Part shown: positions 37,806-38,413 of the stretch, piece by piece
Position numbering within the stretch: position 1 is the first letter of the stretch
How the letters are laid out: each line of letters starts with the position of its first letter
Source: an uncultured Spirochaetales bacterium
GTDB lineage: Bacteria > Spirochaetota > Spirochaetia > Treponematales > Treponemataceae
Direction: 5' to 3'
DNA: 38,413 bases
NCBI GenBank assembly: GCA_946061495.1
Contig: CAMGSV010000001.1
Span: 1-38,413, forward strand
Notes under the pieces: generated by a model
The model's input: only the letters and a program-made list of their open reading frames with translations
Databases searched by the model: none
What the model was told of the DNA's origin: nothing
Position numbers and translations under genes: made by a program

Positions 37806-38060
37806 ATGGGCAGCTGGGATAGGGTTTTGGATTCTATTCTCTCTGGCGTTCAGGATGCCAACATCAATTTCAAAGATTTGACCAAGCTGTTGGAAATGCT
37901 TGGATTCAACTTGCGGATAAAGGGAGACCATCATATTTTTATACGACAGAATGTGGTGGAAATCATCAATGTGTAGCCGAAAGGAAGCAAGGCAAAGCCA
38001 TATCAAGTGAAACAGGTACGGAATAGTATTTTAAGGTACAAGTTGGGGGGTGAGCTATGA
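37806..38060 (+). pseudogene. hicA: HicA-family toxin interrupted by an in-frame TAG
   Basis: FKDLTKLLEMLGF..RIKGDHHIF...IINV*PKGSKAKPYQVKQVR; TAG at 37974-37976; the frame continues to a TGA overlapping the hicB ATG. Confidence 0.85.
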
Positions 38061-38266
38061 ATCGGTATGAGATTGTGGTGTATTGGAGCGACGAGGACGA
38101 CTGCTATATTGCCGAGGTGCCGGAGCTTCCCGGGTGCATGGTTGATGGTGCCGACCGGCAGGAGGTGGTGCGCAATGTGGAGCTGGTGATTGACCAATGG
38201 CTTGAGACCGCCCAGGAGGAAGGACGGCCAATTCCCGTTCCAAAGGGGAGGCTCATGTACGTCTAG
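38057..38266 (+). CDS. hicB: HicB-family antitoxin (short form)
   Basis: YEIVVYWSDED..YIAEVPELPGCM.DG...W...A.E.GRPIP.P. Confidence 0.9.
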   Translation: MNRYEIVVYWSDEDDCYIAEVPELPGCMVDGADRQEVVRNVELVIDQWLETAQEEGRPIPVPKGRLMYV

Positions 38267-38362
38267 CTTGTGCATGAAGTAACCCGAAGGTACAGTCTAA
38301 AAAAAAAGCGGAAGCCGTAAAGGAGGCCACTGAAAAAGGTCTCCAATTTTAAGGCCTGAAAA

Positions 38363-38406
38363 AAAAGCCAGATTTTTGAGAAAAAAATCTCATAAATCTG
38401 GCTTTT
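38363..38406. terminator. Inverted repeat (bidirectional terminator or IS-end structure)
   Basis: aaaagccagattt...aaatctggctttt with inner tgaga/tctca pairing. Confidence 0.5.
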
Positions 38407-38413
38407 GCTCTTT

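Noticed and set aside
37974-37976. Amber recoding (Gln or pyrrolysine) in hicA
   Set aside because: TAG is a normal stop for several genes in the window (e.g. 6112-6114, 11400-11402); a single nonsense change is simpler.

Overview
Most of the window (about 1660-38413) reads like a gut- or rumen-type spirochaete (Treponema-like) chromosome. It carries uvrC (5' part only), LamG/Fn3 and TPR proteins, an M24 peptidase, murJ, citrate synthase, an RsuA-type pseudouridine synthase, and an [FeFe]-hydrogenase-like/GGDEF/EAL sensor. It continues with mnmA-nifS-nifU, cdd, HTH-PTS EIIA, an IS1182 remnant, a uracil permease, a sugar ABC operon with a LacI-type operator, vWA, S1-domain and thrH genes. The first ~1.66 kb (TlpA-type thioredoxin plus the 3' half of a Bacteroidales-type rho) is joined out of frame to uvrC and is probably a chimeric join. 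The most interesting part is 31.5-38.3 kb. A secreted papain/C39-like protease lipoprotein is followed by a partner lipoprotein, and two further paralogues of that partner sit upstream as self-contained cassettes. The cassettes are separated by three near-identical 153-162 bp repeats, each with a promoter and a 12-6-12 palindrome. The paralogues have near-identical DNA at both ends and strongly diverged, lower-GC middles, which suggests a recombinational cassette system (effector with orphan immunity genes, or antigenic variation). A hicAB pair with an amber-interrupted toxin closes the region. All family assignments come from motif recognition by eye; no database search was run.
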